Source: a virus
Taxonomy: Duplodnaviria > Caudoviricetes
Strand: one strand, 5' to 3'
Length of the DNA: 62,221 bases
IMG/VR virus record: IMGVR_UViG_3300008120_000047
Location: 1-62,221 of that record
Shown: in pieces, positions 7,628 through 16,721 of the stretch
How the letters are laid out: every line of letters starts with the position of its first letter
Numbering within the stretch: position 1 is the stretch's first letter
The notes under the pieces: generated by a model
What the model saw: only the letters and a program-made list of their open reading frames with translations
Database searches by the model: none
What the model was told of the DNA's origin: nothing
Made by a program: the position numbers and the translations under genes

Positions 7628-7857
7628 TGATGGGAAAAGCCTACAAATACACCATGAACAAAATGATCCCCATCGTGGCAGTGACCATGATCTCATGCTC
7701 CTCACAAGAGCCAACAGCGCAGCCATGCTGCGAGAAGAACTTTACCGAACAAAACCAAGATGTTCACCATCTGCTTCGATCGCTGGGCGCAGCCCCAGCC
7801 ACGAAACAAGAAACCTGCGAGCACGAGGATGGAGACAATTTCTCACCAAATCCTTGA
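7627..7857 (+). CDS. Possible small lipoprotein
   Basis: MNKMIPIVAVTMIS|CSSQE lipobox-like; start may be 7654. Confidence 0.45.
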   Translation: MMGKAYKYTMNKMIPIVAVTMISCSSQEPTAQPCCEKNFTEQNQDVHHLLRSLGAAPATKQETCEHEDGDNFSPNP

Positions 7858-7996
7858 CTCGTACTTGTTTTCTGACGTAGATTTGCAGCATCACAAAACC
7901 CCAAACACATGTCACATTCACCTGAAACAGAGCGTCAATCATCAGATTATTCAGGTTGGGAAGAGACGTACTCGTATGAGTTAGACGGCGTAACTT

Positions 7997-8440
7997 ATGT
8001 CACTCCAAGTGCAAGCTTCGCTTTTAGCCGAGGAGGAAACGTCAAACTTGTTCGATCAGTATACATCAACGATGGTAACAGAATCTGAGGTTATAGCTAT
8101 GATCATGGATGACGAGTCAATATCTCGCCCATCTAAGTCGATCATCATCGGAGACATAGTAGACCAAGGCATTAACGATTGGTCTGCCATAGACGTAGCC
8201 TCAACACTCAGAGAATACTCTGACGGATTCAAGGGATACACGGAAAGCCTTGTGAAAGCAAAAAAGATTCTTGGTATGCACGTCACTCCAGATCTTGAAA
8301 TCGATACCGTAGCAGGCAACATGTCGGGGTCAACTGACTTCGACAAGCTGTATCTCAAGTCAACACATAACATGCTCAACTTCGTCTGCTCCTACGTAAA
8401 GGTGCACTCGATCGTAAAAGATCTTTGGTCAGAACGCTGA
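7997..8440 (+). CDS. Acidic hypothetical protein
   Basis: 147-aa ORF on the arm's coding strand. Confidence 0.75.
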   Translation: MSLQVQASLLAEEETSNLFDQYTSTMVTESEVIAMIMDDESISRPSKSIIIGDIVDQGINDWSAIDVASTLREYSDGFKGYTESLVKAKKILGMHVTPDLEIDTVAGNMSGSTDFDKLYLKSTHNMLNFVCSYVKVHSIVKDLWSER

Positions 8441-8447
8441 CCTACCT

Positions 8448-8524
8448 GAGATGCTGCTCATGGTGTGCGGGGAGATCCCGTAACAGGCTGCTGTGTAAAA
8501 GCCCGATGAAACAAGCCGCATCTC
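8448..8524 (+). ncRNA. Candidate structured RNA upstream of ERF gene
   Basis: GAGATGC/GCATCTC closing stem; inner hairpins TGCGGG/CCCGTA and GGCT/AGCC. Confidence 0.45.
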
Positions 8525-8558
8525 TTTCTCTAAACACAAACCCTTTTAATTTATTTCA

Positions 8559-9179
8559 ATGTCTATTCACAAGAAACTCTCCGCTATTCAAGCGGAGTTA
8601 AAAGCCCCCAAGGGTCAGTTCAACAGCTTCGGGAAGTACAACTACCGCTCATGCGAGGACATCCTGGAAGCAGTGAAGCCGCTGCTCGCCAAGCACGAAC
8701 TCGGCATGACGATTAGCGACTACATCGTATCTCACGAAGGCCGCGTGTATGTCCGTGCTGAAGTTGTCGTCTTTGACTTCGAAGGTAACGTAATCAATGT
8801 GCAGGCACAGGCCCGTGAGGAAGACTCAAAAAAGGGCATGGACGCTTCTCAGGTTACTGGGGCCACGTCATCATATGCTCGTAAGTATGCCCTCAACGGC
8901 ATGTTCCTGATCGACGACACCAAAGACAGCGACTCTACCAATACCCACGGGAAAGAAACTGCCACAGCCCCAAGCCGTGTACCAGTAGGCGGAGCAGCAG
9001 CTCGTGAGGTTATCGCAGAAGAAGAGTCGGCACTCGCTGAGCCTAGCATCATGGACAAAGCAATCTCATACGTGAAGAGCGCCACCAACAAGAAGCAGGC
9101 ATACGAAAGCGTGATGTCTAAGTATGGCAACGAGCTGTCTGATCGGCAGAAAGAAGCCATCAAGAAGTTCGTTCGATGA
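8559..9179 (+). CDS. erf: ERF-family single-strand annealing protein
   Basis: APKGQFNSFGKYNYRSCEDILEAVKP; Q.TGATSSYARKYALNGMFLIDD.KDSD. Confidence 0.93.
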   Translation: MSIHKKLSAIQAELKAPKGQFNSFGKYNYRSCEDILEAVKPLLAKHELGMTISDYIVSHEGRVYVRAEVVVFDFEGNVINVQAQAREEDSKKGMDASQVTGATSSYARKYALNGMFLIDDTKDSDSTNTHGKETATAPSRVPVGGAAAREVIAEEESALAEPSIMDKAISYVKSATNKKQAYESVMSKYGNELSDRQKEAIKKFVR

Positions 9180-9958
9180 GGATACCAGAGATGCTGATGC
9201 AGAGGTACAACAAGGAACACTTGTCGTACTCCTCTTTAAAGAAGGCGCTAACTGACATCGCTCTCTTTGATCTCCACATGAAGGGCAAGGTGGAATACAA
9301 ATCTGACGCTCTGGAATTTGGAAGTATGTATGACGCTATATTGTTTGACTTGGACAGGGCTAAGGCTACCTACAAGGTTCTCAGTAACCAAGAAATCCTC
9401 GGTATGTGCAGCGGAAAAACCGCAAGCTCTAAAAGACCAGAGGCGACTGCTGAGTTCAAAGAGATAAAAGAAAAGATGCGGATCGACCTGTTTGATAGTG
9501 GCGTGCTAGTGTGCTCCCAAGAGGACTGGGATCAGGCGATAGCCATGGTAGACCGCCTCCGAGTGTGTGGCATCTTAGACACCTACCTGAAGGGTGATTA
9601 CCAAAAAGAAGTATATGGAGAGATCAATGGCGTTATTATCAAGGGTTATCTTGATTGCCTTGGCAGTGGCTTTATTTCAGACAGCAAGTCTACACGTAGC
9701 GTCGATGGCTTTAGGTATGACGTCAACAAGCTGTGCTACGACATACAAGCTTATCTCTACTGCAAGCTTACAGGGATCGACGACTTCTATTGGGTTGTGC
9801 AAGAGAAGACATACCCATATCTACCAGCGGTCGTCAAGTGCTCACAAGAAAGCCTCTTCCGAGGAGAGATGAAGTTCTTCAACGCAATAACTAAGATCTC
9901 AGCTTGGCTGAATGATGACTCAGCAGGCGAGACAGACTACATGACATTCGAAGTATGA
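9176..9958 (+). CDS. PD-(D/E)XK exonuclease (RecE C-terminal/DUF3799-like)
   Basis: LSYSSLK, KGYLD, DSKS, YDIQAYLY; adjacent to ERF. Confidence 0.85.
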   Translation: MRIPEMLMQRYNKEHLSYSSLKKALTDIALFDLHMKGKVEYKSDALEFGSMYDAILFDLDRAKATYKVLSNQEILGMCSGKTASSKRPEATAEFKEIKEKMRIDLFDSGVLVCSQEDWDQAIAMVDRLRVCGILDTYLKGDYQKEVYGEINGVIIKGYLDCLGSGFISDSKSTRSVDGFRYDVNKLCYDIQAYLYCKLTGIDDFYWVVQEKTYPYLPAVVKCSQESLFRGEMKFFNAITKISAWLNDDSAGETDYMTFEV

Positions 9959-10041
9959 GCCGATTCAACAACACAATCACCTCAGCACTTGCTGTCATAG
10001 TGTACTTCGTAATAATGATTATCGCAATAAACCTTTTTTAA
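9955..10041 (+). CDS. 28-aa single-TM peptide
   Basis: MSRFNNTITSALAVIVYFVIMIIAINLF; ATGA overlap. Confidence 0.5.
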   Translation: MSRFNNTITSALAVIVYFVIMIIAINLF

Positions 10042-10051
10042 TTTTTTTCAA

Positions 10052-10372
10052 ATGAGCGAAAACTCAACCAAGTATGATTCCGTATTCATCGGATATGCTG
10101 AAGACCCGAAACTTGATCCTAACGGCAAGTATGTATCACAACGCCTTCGACTGAAGGTTCCTGAACTTAAGGACCTCATGGAGCGGTATGCCACCGCTGT
10201 AAAACCTGACGGTACTGGCGGAAACGTGTTCATCACTGTAGGGGTAAGCAAGAATGGCAAGTCATTTGCCACCGTGTGGGACCCCAACAGCGAGAAGGCA
10301 AAGGAGAACCAGCAGTCAAAGTCTTCTTACTCTAAGAAGCCGAGTGCAGCAGACGAGGACCTCCCCTTCTAA
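10052..10372 (+). CDS. Putative single-stranded DNA-binding protein
   Basis: Acidic tail DEDLPF; located next to ERF and exonuclease. Confidence 0.75.
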   Translation: MSENSTKYDSVFIGYAEDPKLDPNGKYVSQRLRLKVPELKDLMERYATAVKPDGTGGNVFITVGVSKNGKSFATVWDPNSEKAKENQQSKSSYSKKPSAADEDLPF

Positions 10373-10397
10373 GTTCTTTGGCTTGTATGCCGCTATT

Positions 10398-10442
10398 GAA
10401 TGGGGGTTGAAGAGTGTAAATTTCTTCAGCCCTCATTCTTTT
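10398..10442 (+). terminator. Intrinsic terminator after SSB
   Basis: GAATGGGGGTTGAAGA...TCTTCAGCCCTCATTC then TTTT. Confidence 0.65.
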
Positions 10443-10487
10443 AGTGGGGTCAACAACAACGGAGGCAGTACTTCTTTCTTCTGCGTG

Positions 10488-10676
10488 ATGTCCGATCATA
10501 AGGACTACGAGGTGCATATCCCTGCGAATGAAGATGATTACGTGATCTTATGCATCACGAACAAAAACGGGGACAACTGCGTGCTGATGAAGTCAACCGA
10601 TTGTTCAGGGATGACACTGTCTATGCAAGACATGGTCCCTTTGATCAAGCGAAAGTTTAGGATAGAGATCTCATGA
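10488..10676 (+). CDS. Hypothetical protein
   Basis: 3' part of ORF 10254..10676; start uncertain. Confidence 0.45.
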   Translation: MSDHKDYEVHIPANEDDYVILCITNKNGDNCVLMKSTDCSGMTLSMQDMVPLIKRKFRIEIS

Positions 10677-10915
10677 AGAAAGACATATACTACCAGACCT
10701 TAAAGGTGGGGTTTAAGAAAGACAAGACCATCTACACACGAGAGGTGTACTGCCTGTCTCACTCTGAAGATGTCGGATTGATTGCAGCAGACAACTACAG
10801 CATGGCCATCATAGCCAAGCAATGTTACCCTAAAACATACAAGGGTGACGTCAAGATAATAATTAAAGAAATAATTGAATCAAAACTGTTATGGAAAAGT
10901 CCTACGAATACGTGA
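10673..10915 (+). CDS. Hypothetical protein
   Basis: Coupled ORF. Confidence 0.7.
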   Translation: MKKDIYYQTLKVGFKKDKTIYTREVYCLSHSEDVGLIAADNYSMAIIAKQCYPKTYKGDVKIIIKEIIESKLLWKSPTNT

Positions 10916-11124
10916 ACCATCCCAATCACTACAACGAGTTCTCCAAAGAAACATGGGAGATGATGATTGATGTGTGGGGTCTCGACAACTTCCTCATCTT
11001 TTGTGAGATGAACGCTTTCAAGTACAAGATGCGAGCAGGGTCAAAGCTGGGGGAGACCGCAGACAAAGACGTCATGAAGGCTAACTGGTACTTGAACAAA
11101 GCAGCAGAGCTGAAATGCAAGTAA
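10891..11124 (+). CDS. DUF3310 / T7 gp1.7-like nucleotide kinase domain protein
   Basis: VNHPNHY...FC..NAFKY..RAG.K...D..KA.WYL. Confidence 0.88.
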   Translation: MEKSYEYVNHPNHYNEFSKETWEMMIDVWGLDNFLIFCEMNAFKYKMRAGSKLGETADKDVMKANWYLNKAAELKCK

Positions 11125-12908
11125 CTATATTCGAGAGCATATACCACACTAAGTCCCCTAGGTATATCTCTCTGGGCCTGGCGCTTCGCAGGATTCAAGA
11201 CGGATCAAGCGAGAAGACCATAGAGCTTGTCCGCAGCGGTGACAAGGAGTCAAAGAAGAAACTGCCTATCGTCCTGTTCAGCGGTCAGTTCTCTGATCGT
11301 ACTGATGACGGGCTGTTTGACCACAGCGGATTCATCGTGCTTGACTTCGATCACGTTGGGTCAACACCAGAAGAGGTGACGCTTACAAAGTCAACTATTG
11401 GTACTGACCAATACGTTTACTCTGCATGGATGTCGCCATCAGGTGACGGCATCAAGGTGCTCGTAAGGATTACAAATCCTGAGCGACACAGAGACCACTT
11501 TAGGGCGCTCAAGGTTTACTTCAACAAGCAATACGGGATTACCCCTGACGACTCTGGAATCAACGAATCTAGGGCGTGCTTTGAGTCTCACGACCCAGAC
11601 ATAATCGTCAACGAGTCTGCTTCAAAGTTCGGGGCGTTCTCTAGTGAGAGAGCAGACACTCAGGTAGCCGTGGTTCGTGACCACTACACGGACTACATGA
11701 AGCTAAACCTCGCCGCCAAAATGATACGTGTCGCAGAGGATGGCAACAAGCATACCGCACTGCTTCGTGCTGCACGACTGTGTGGCGGGTATGTCTCAGC
11801 TGGGCGTATGGAGGAGGACGAAGCAATTCGGATTCTTCACAGGGAGATATGCAAGCGTAACATAGACTCTGAGGAGCAGGCTATGATCACCATACGTGAC
11901 GGGATAGAGCTTGGGAAGAAAGACCCAATCAAAACCCTCGTCTCGAATGAGAAGAGCGCTCAGCGTGAGATGCTCTTGAGTGATGGGGACATGTCGTTCA
12001 TATCGTCTGACGATGAGGACTTCAGGTGGATTGACAGCTATGCAAATGGAGAGATACAAGTAGGGCTGGATACGGGTGACGCAAAGCTTGACGAGTACTT
12101 CAGGTACAAGAAAGAGTTCCTAATCATCAACGGACACAGCAACGTAGGTAAGACTACGATGGCGCTTTATCTCATGGTGAATGCTACTGTACGGCATGGA
12201 TGGAAGTGGGTTGTGTACTCTTCTGAGAACAGGACCTCTTCGCTTAAGATGACTCTGATGCAGTTCGGGTTCAACAGGCGCGTAAATGAGATGTCGTATG
12301 ATCAGCGCAAGGCTGCTTACAAGTGGGTTCAAGAGCACTTCACCGTGATCAACAACAACCAAGTGTATAGCTACGCAGAGATTATCCTGTTCCTTGAGAA
12401 GGTGCTGCGTCAGCAGGCTGTGGATGCGGTGTTTGTAGACCCGTACAACAGCCTAAAGCTTGACATGGGCAACTCAAACATCGGGGTGCACGACTACCAC
12501 TACGAGGCAGCGTCTGAGTTCCTGACGTTCAGCAAAGCAAACGACATCGCTGTGTGGCTGAACATGCACGCCGTAACAGAAGCTCAGCGTAGGAAGGGTG
12601 ATGATGGACTCCCTGTGGCTCCATACGCAGAGGACACTGAAGGTGGAGGCAAGTTCGTGAACCGAGCAGACTGCTTCATCACCATACACAGGAAGGTTCA
12701 AGCACCAGACGTAAGCCTACGTAAGACGACTGAGTTTCACGTTAGGAAAGTCAGGGAAACGGAGACTGGAGGCGCTCCATCGCCAATAGACAACCCCGTT
12801 ACGTTCACAATGAACACTCCGATGACTGCTTTCAGGGTGAATTCTACTGGAAAAGAACTGTTCGATCCTGTTGGTTTACAGTTCAATGTGTACCATCAGT
12901 TCAATTAA
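11115..12908 (+). CDS. Primase-helicase (BT4734/VirE-N-like primase plus DnaB-like SF4 helicase)
   Basis: LP...FSG.F..R...HSG.I.LDFD and SPSGDGIK; Walker A GHSNVGKT, Walker B VFVDPYN. Confidence 0.88.
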   Translation: MQVTIFESIYHTKSPRYISLGLALRRIQDGSSEKTIELVRSGDKESKKKLPIVLFSGQFSDRTDDGLFDHSGFIVLDFDHVGSTPEEVTLTKSTIGTDQYVYSAWMSPSGDGIKVLVRITNPERHRDHFRALKVYFNKQYGITPDDSGINESRACFESHDPDIIVNESASKFGAFSSERADTQVAVVRDHYTDYMKLNLAAKMIRVAEDGNKHTALLRAARLCGGYVSAGRMEEDEAIRILHREICKRNIDSEEQAMITIRDGIELGKKDPIKTLVSNEKSAQREMLLSDGDMSFISSDDEDFRWIDSYANGEIQVGLDTGDAKLDEYFRYKKEFLIINGHSNVGKTTMALYLMVNATVRHGWKWVVYSSENRTSSLKMTLMQFGFNRRVNEMSYDQRKAAYKWVQEHFTVINNNQVYSYAEIILFLEKVLRQQAVDAVFVDPYNSLKLDMGNSNIGVHDYHYEAASEFLTFSKANDIAVWLNMHAVTEAQRRKGDDGLPVAPYAEDTEGGGKFVNRADCFITIHRKVQAPDVSLRKTTEFHVRKVRETETGGAPSPIDNPVTFTMNTPMTAFRVNSTGKELFDPVGLQFNVYHQFN

Positions 12909-12943
12909 CGCTTAATTCTCTCTCTATTGTCGGCTTTGTGTTG

Positions 12944-12951
12944 TAACTTTG
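12944..12951 (+). promoter_or_regulatory. -7 element 4 nt before a GTG start
   Basis: TAACTTTG-CCGA-GTG. Confidence 0.6.
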
Positions 12952-12955
12952 CCGA

Positions 12956-13489
12956 GTGAAGAGAGCAAAACGGGGGACGCCACCACGGGCCAGCGCTCGC
13001 AAGAAGCAGCTGGGACGTTACAAAAGCGGACTCGAAAAGCAGTGCGCTGATTTGCTTTGTGATCACGGCCTAGACTTTGACTACGAAGAAGTGGAGTATA
13101 CACTTGTGGATCAGTTCAAGTATGAGGGCGTGTATCATAAAATGACTGCCTCCTCTAAAGAGCTGTCAGATAGAACTGGTAAAGCAGTTCTTGCGATTAA
13201 GTACACTCCAGACTTCGTAGCAAAGGATAGGTCGTGGATCATAGAGACAAAAGGTTTTACTCCATCTCATCACGACTTTCCTATGAGATGGAAGCTTTTC
13301 CTTCGTTATCTTTCGGATCTTGGCGAAACACCAAAGCTCTTTATCGTTAAGAATAGAGAGCAGATAGAAGAGGCAATAAGAATCATAAAGAATGACGGAC
13401 ATAACAAAGTTGGAGCTAGCGAGAGTGTACGCACTCGCTACAGAAAGGATACAGATGGCAGCCGTAGATCTCTACGAGGAGCTGTTTGA
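12956..13489 (+). CDS. T7 endonuclease I-like Holliday junction resolvase
   Basis: YKSGLE...FDYEE...YTPDF...IIETKG. Confidence 0.88.
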   Translation: MKRAKRGTPPRASARKKQLGRYKSGLEKQCADLLCDHGLDFDYEEVEYTLVDQFKYEGVYHKMTASSKELSDRTGKAVLAIKYTPDFVAKDRSWIIETKGFTPSHHDFPMRWKLFLRYLSDLGETPKLFIVKNREQIEEAIRIIKNDGHNKVGASESVRTRYRKDTDGSRRSLRGAV

Positions 13490-13667
13490 TAGCAACGGAG
13501 AAGCAAAGACGCACCCAGGTCAGGTGACGAATTTGGTTTCTTCATTTAGGGCCAAGGCAGGGTATGAGATGGATATGATAAGGGAGGCCGCAGTTCAGTA
13601 CGCCGAACAACATAACCATCTCAATGGTAAATCAAAACAGACGAGCCTACTCGACTACAACGGGTAA
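13392..13667 (+). CDS. Hypothetical helical protein
   Basis: Overlaps the non-conserved ends of its neighbours. Confidence 0.65.
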   Translation: MTDITKLELARVYALATERIQMAAVDLYEELFDSNGEAKTHPGQVTNLVSSFRAKAGYEMDMIREAAVQYAEQHNHLNGKSKQTSLLDYNG

Positions 13668-14124
13668 GGTAGCTGAGGCCAGATTCAAGGCGGCAGCTCA
13701 AGCACTTGGACTTACCGTAGAAAAATCTACTAGCGCAGAAGACACCAGAGAACACGTAGATTTCTGGATGGCTTATGACGGCGCTGGTAGATGGGGCGTT
13801 GACGTAAAAGGAAACAACATGCCTCACGAGATATGGTGCGAGTTCAAGAATGTCAGCGGCAACACTGGATGGATGTACGGAGGAGCTACCATCATTGCCT
13901 TTGACATGCCTGAAGAAGGAGGGTTCTGCATTGTAAATAGGGAAGATCTTGCCAGATATTGCGAAGAGAATGTAGAAGACGTATTCGTCAAACACCCTTT
14001 CGACGCATACAAAAAGAAGTATCAAAGGAAGGATAGGCTTGACGTTATAACCAAGGTTTCAATCCTTGATTTGATGTCAATTCCTTCATACAGAGTGTGG
14101 TACTACTACGCAGATTATAAGTAG
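13624..14124 (+). CDS. PD-(D/E)XK restriction-endonuclease-like protein
   Basis: G..AE...D...HVDF...VDVKG...W.E.KNV.G..GW.YG.A. Confidence 0.75.
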   Translation: MVNQNRRAYSTTTGKVAEARFKAAAQALGLTVEKSTSAEDTREHVDFWMAYDGAGRWGVDVKGNNMPHEIWCEFKNVSGNTGWMYGGATIIAFDMPEEGGFCIVNREDLARYCEENVEDVFVKHPFDAYKKKYQRKDRLDVITKVSILDLMSIPSYRVWYYYADYK

Positions 14125-14179
14125 ATTTGCCCCCCTGTAAAAGCTAAACACCAATACACCAAACAAACACTTTTAAAAA

Positions 14180-16063
14180 ATGAGTTCTTCCATTCCATGG
14201 GGGGAGGTAGGTTACCCCGTCTTCAAAAGAACCTATGCACGAGCCGTTGAAAATCGCACAGAAGAATGGCCTGAAACCGTAGAGCGAGTAATCAATGCTT
14301 GCAACGATCAGCTTGGATGTGGCTTCAACGAAGTAGACAAGCAAGAGATACGAGACATCATGCTCAACCTTAAGGGCACGGTGGCTGGACGTTTCTTGTG
14401 GCAGCTAGGCACAGAGACCGTAGACAAGCTTGGCTTGCCTTCGTTGCAGAACTGTGCGTTCGTAGTCGTTGACGAAGAGGTGCGTCCATTTACGTGGGCA
14501 TTCGAGATGCTCATGCTTGGCAGCGGAGTTGGATTCAACATTCAAAAAGAATACATAGACGGGCTGCGCCCTCCGTTTAAGGACGTAATCATTGAAAGAG
14601 TAGATCGAAATGACGCTGATTTTATTGTACCTGATAGTAGGGAGGGGTGGGTTGAGCTCCTCAAAAGAGTTCTTGAGGCATCTTTCTACACGGGTAAAGG
14701 GTTTACGTTCGCGACTCACCTGATCCGATCTAAGGGCTCGCCCATCAAGGGATTCGGCGGCGTAGCAAGCGGTCCTGAGGATTTGGTTTGGGGTATGTTC
14801 GAGATTAACAAGCTGCTCAACGGGAAGAACGGGGGATGCCTAACTTCAGTGGACTGCCTTGACATTATGAACATCGTCGGTCGCATCGTGGTAGCAGGTA
14901 ACGTGAGACGCTCTGCACAGATTGCTATCGGTGACGCTACCGATGTGGAATACTTGAACGCTAAGCGTTGGGACCTTGGCAACATTCCTAACTGGAGAGC
15001 CATGTCAAATAACAGCGTGGTATGCTCCAATACAGAACTCCTGCCAGAGGAATTCTGGGAGGGGTACAAGGGCAACGGAGAGCCATACGGATTGATCAAT
15101 CTCGTAGCGGCTCGACGCATGGGACGCACCCATGAGACTGAATACCCAGATCCAGATGTGCAGGGATTCAACCCCTGTGCTGAGCAGAGCCTTGCAAACT
15201 TCGAGACGTGCTGCTTGGCAGAAATCTACCTGCCCAACATCGAGTCATACACTGAGCTGAAGAAGGTGGCCAGATACCTGTACCGCATCAACAAGCACAG
15301 CCTTGCCATCAAGTGCGCGGTACCAGAGACGGAGCACATCGTACACAAGAACATGCGTATGGGGATTGGCGTAACGGGTTACTTGCAGGCTACAGAACAG
15401 CAGCGCTCTTGGCTTAGCGACTGTTACACTTACCTCAGGGCATACGACGAAGAGTACTCGAAGATCTCAGGCTTCAATCATAGCATTAAGCTGACCACGG
15501 TAAAGCCTTCTGGAACACTCAGCCTTCTCGCTGGGGTTACTCCAGGTGCTCACCCAGCTTATAGCCAGTACTACATCCGTCGAATCAGGATGGCCTCAGG
15601 CACTCCGCTGGTGAACGCAGCTAAAGAGGCTGGGTATCCTGTAGAGTTCGTTCGAAACTTTGACGGAACAGAGGACCATAGCACGGAGGTTGTAAGCTTC
15701 CCATGCAAGTTCCCTGAAGGAACCAAGCTCGCTAACGACATGACTGCCGTGGATCAGCTTGAGGTGATTAAGCGGTTGCAGAAAGAGTGGTCAGACAACG
15801 CCGTGTCTGTGACCATATACTACAGGAAAGAAGAACTTGATGAGATAAAGGCTTGGCTCAAGAATAACTACGCTAACGTCAAGACCGTTTCTTTCTTGCT
15901 GCACAATGACCACGGATTTGATCAGGCCCCTCTCGAAGAGATCAGCAAGGATCGATACGAAGAGATGTCGGCCATGGTAAAGCCATTGGTATCAGTTGAT
16001 GGTATCAAGTTCGAAGATCTTGACATCACGGATTGTGATTCAGGCGCATGTCCAGTGAGATGA
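14180..16063 (+). CDS. nrdJ: Class II (adenosylcobalamin-dependent) ribonucleotide reductase
   Basis: RTYAR, GRFLW, NCAF, GNVRRSA, NPCAE, TTVKPSGT, C-terminal CDSGACPVR; no beta subunit gene nearby. Confidence 0.95.
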   Translation: MSSSIPWGEVGYPVFKRTYARAVENRTEEWPETVERVINACNDQLGCGFNEVDKQEIRDIMLNLKGTVAGRFLWQLGTETVDKLGLPSLQNCAFVVVDEEVRPFTWAFEMLMLGSGVGFNIQKEYIDGLRPPFKDVIIERVDRNDADFIVPDSREGWVELLKRVLEASFYTGKGFTFATHLIRSKGSPIKGFGGVASGPEDLVWGMFEINKLLNGKNGGCLTSVDCLDIMNIVGRIVVAGNVRRSAQIAIGDATDVEYLNAKRWDLGNIPNWRAMSNNSVVCSNTELLPEEFWEGYKGNGEPYGLINLVAARRMGRTHETEYPDPDVQGFNPCAEQSLANFETCCLAEIYLPNIESYTELKKVARYLYRINKHSLAIKCAVPETEHIVHKNMRMGIGVTGYLQATEQQRSWLSDCYTYLRAYDEEYSKISGFNHSIKLTTVKPSGTLSLLAGVTPGAHPAYSQYYIRRIRMASGTPLVNAAKEAGYPVEFVRNFDGTEDHSTEVVSFPCKFPEGTKLANDMTAVDQLEVIKRLQKEWSDNAVSVTIYYRKEELDEIKAWLKNNYANVKTVSFLLHNDHGFDQAPLEEISKDRYEEMSAMVKPLVSVDGIKFEDLDITDCDSGACPVR

Positions 16064-16113
16064 AACCTATATCTCAATGCTGGATTAGTCAGCTGTACTA
16101 CTTTGAAATAATT

Positions 16114-16142
16114 GAGGGGGCGCATGGCCCCCTCTTTTTTTT
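16114..16142 (+). terminator. Intrinsic terminator where the two arms converge
   Basis: GAGGGGGC-GCATG-GCCCCCTC followed by T8. Confidence 0.9.
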
Positions 16143-16176
16143 ACATACACTGCCCTTGTGAGGCTATAAGGTTACA

Positions 16177-16521
16177 TTACTTGCGTCTAATTGCTTTGAC
16201 TTTATTTCCCATGCCTACCGCAGACTTCTCTGACTTCTTTATAGCGAGCATGGACGGGCTCATCTCTCCCTTGGTGACTGGCGTCTTTGAAGACACTCTC
16301 TTGCTGGGTCTACAGTACTCGTTAGATCCTCCAGCACCGCAAGCCTTTCCAGTCTTTGTGTCTACCCATTTCTCTGCCTCCCATCTTTTAAGGTTCGACC
16401 CAGCCTCCGTCTTTCTCACATCGCCCTTAGCCTTTCTACACTTTGCGGTAGCTTGAGCTGCACGGGCGGACCACTTCCCATAGCTCTTCATGACCTTATT
16501 GTAGCAGGCGTCTTTAGCCAT
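16177..16521 (-). CDS. Basic conserved phage protein (DUF5872-like)
   Basis: KDACY.KV...WSARAAQ...L.RW..EKWVD.KTGK.CG...YCRP. Confidence 0.8.
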   Translation of the reverse strand: MAKDACYNKVMKSYGKWSARAAQATAKCRKAKGDVRKTEAGSNLKRWEAEKWVDTKTGKACGAGGSNEYCRPSKRVSSKTPVTKGEMSPSMLAIKKSEKSAVGMGNKVKAIRRK

Positions 16522-16721
16522 TATCTAAACTTAGCCTTCTCGTTGATCTTGACTTTCGTTCCGTCAGGAAGATTTCCTTTCGCCTTGAAATGATTTCTTC
16601 TAACAGTTCCGTCTGCGTTTGTAACCAGAACGAACTTACCAGTAACAGGAACCTCTTTGTCGTCTATTCCTACAGTCCAAGTTCCTTTTTCTTTTGTTCT
16701 AGTTCTTTTTTTGGGAGTCAT
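16521..16721 (-). CDS. Small basic protein
   Basis: Coupled ORF. Confidence 0.6.
   Translation of the reverse strand: MTPKKRTRTKEKGTWTVGIDDKEVPVTGKFVLVTNADGTVRRNHFKAKGNLPDGTKVKINEKAKFR

Noticed and set aside
8490-8515. GCCCGATGAAAC as part of a SAM-I riboswitch or hammerhead
   Set aside because: Other required elements (SAM-I AUC/GCAACC, hammerhead CUGANGA) are missing.
14180-16063. Intein or intron in nrdJ (also checked terL)
   Set aside because: Lengths are ordinary; no splice-junction or homing-endonuclease motifs seen.
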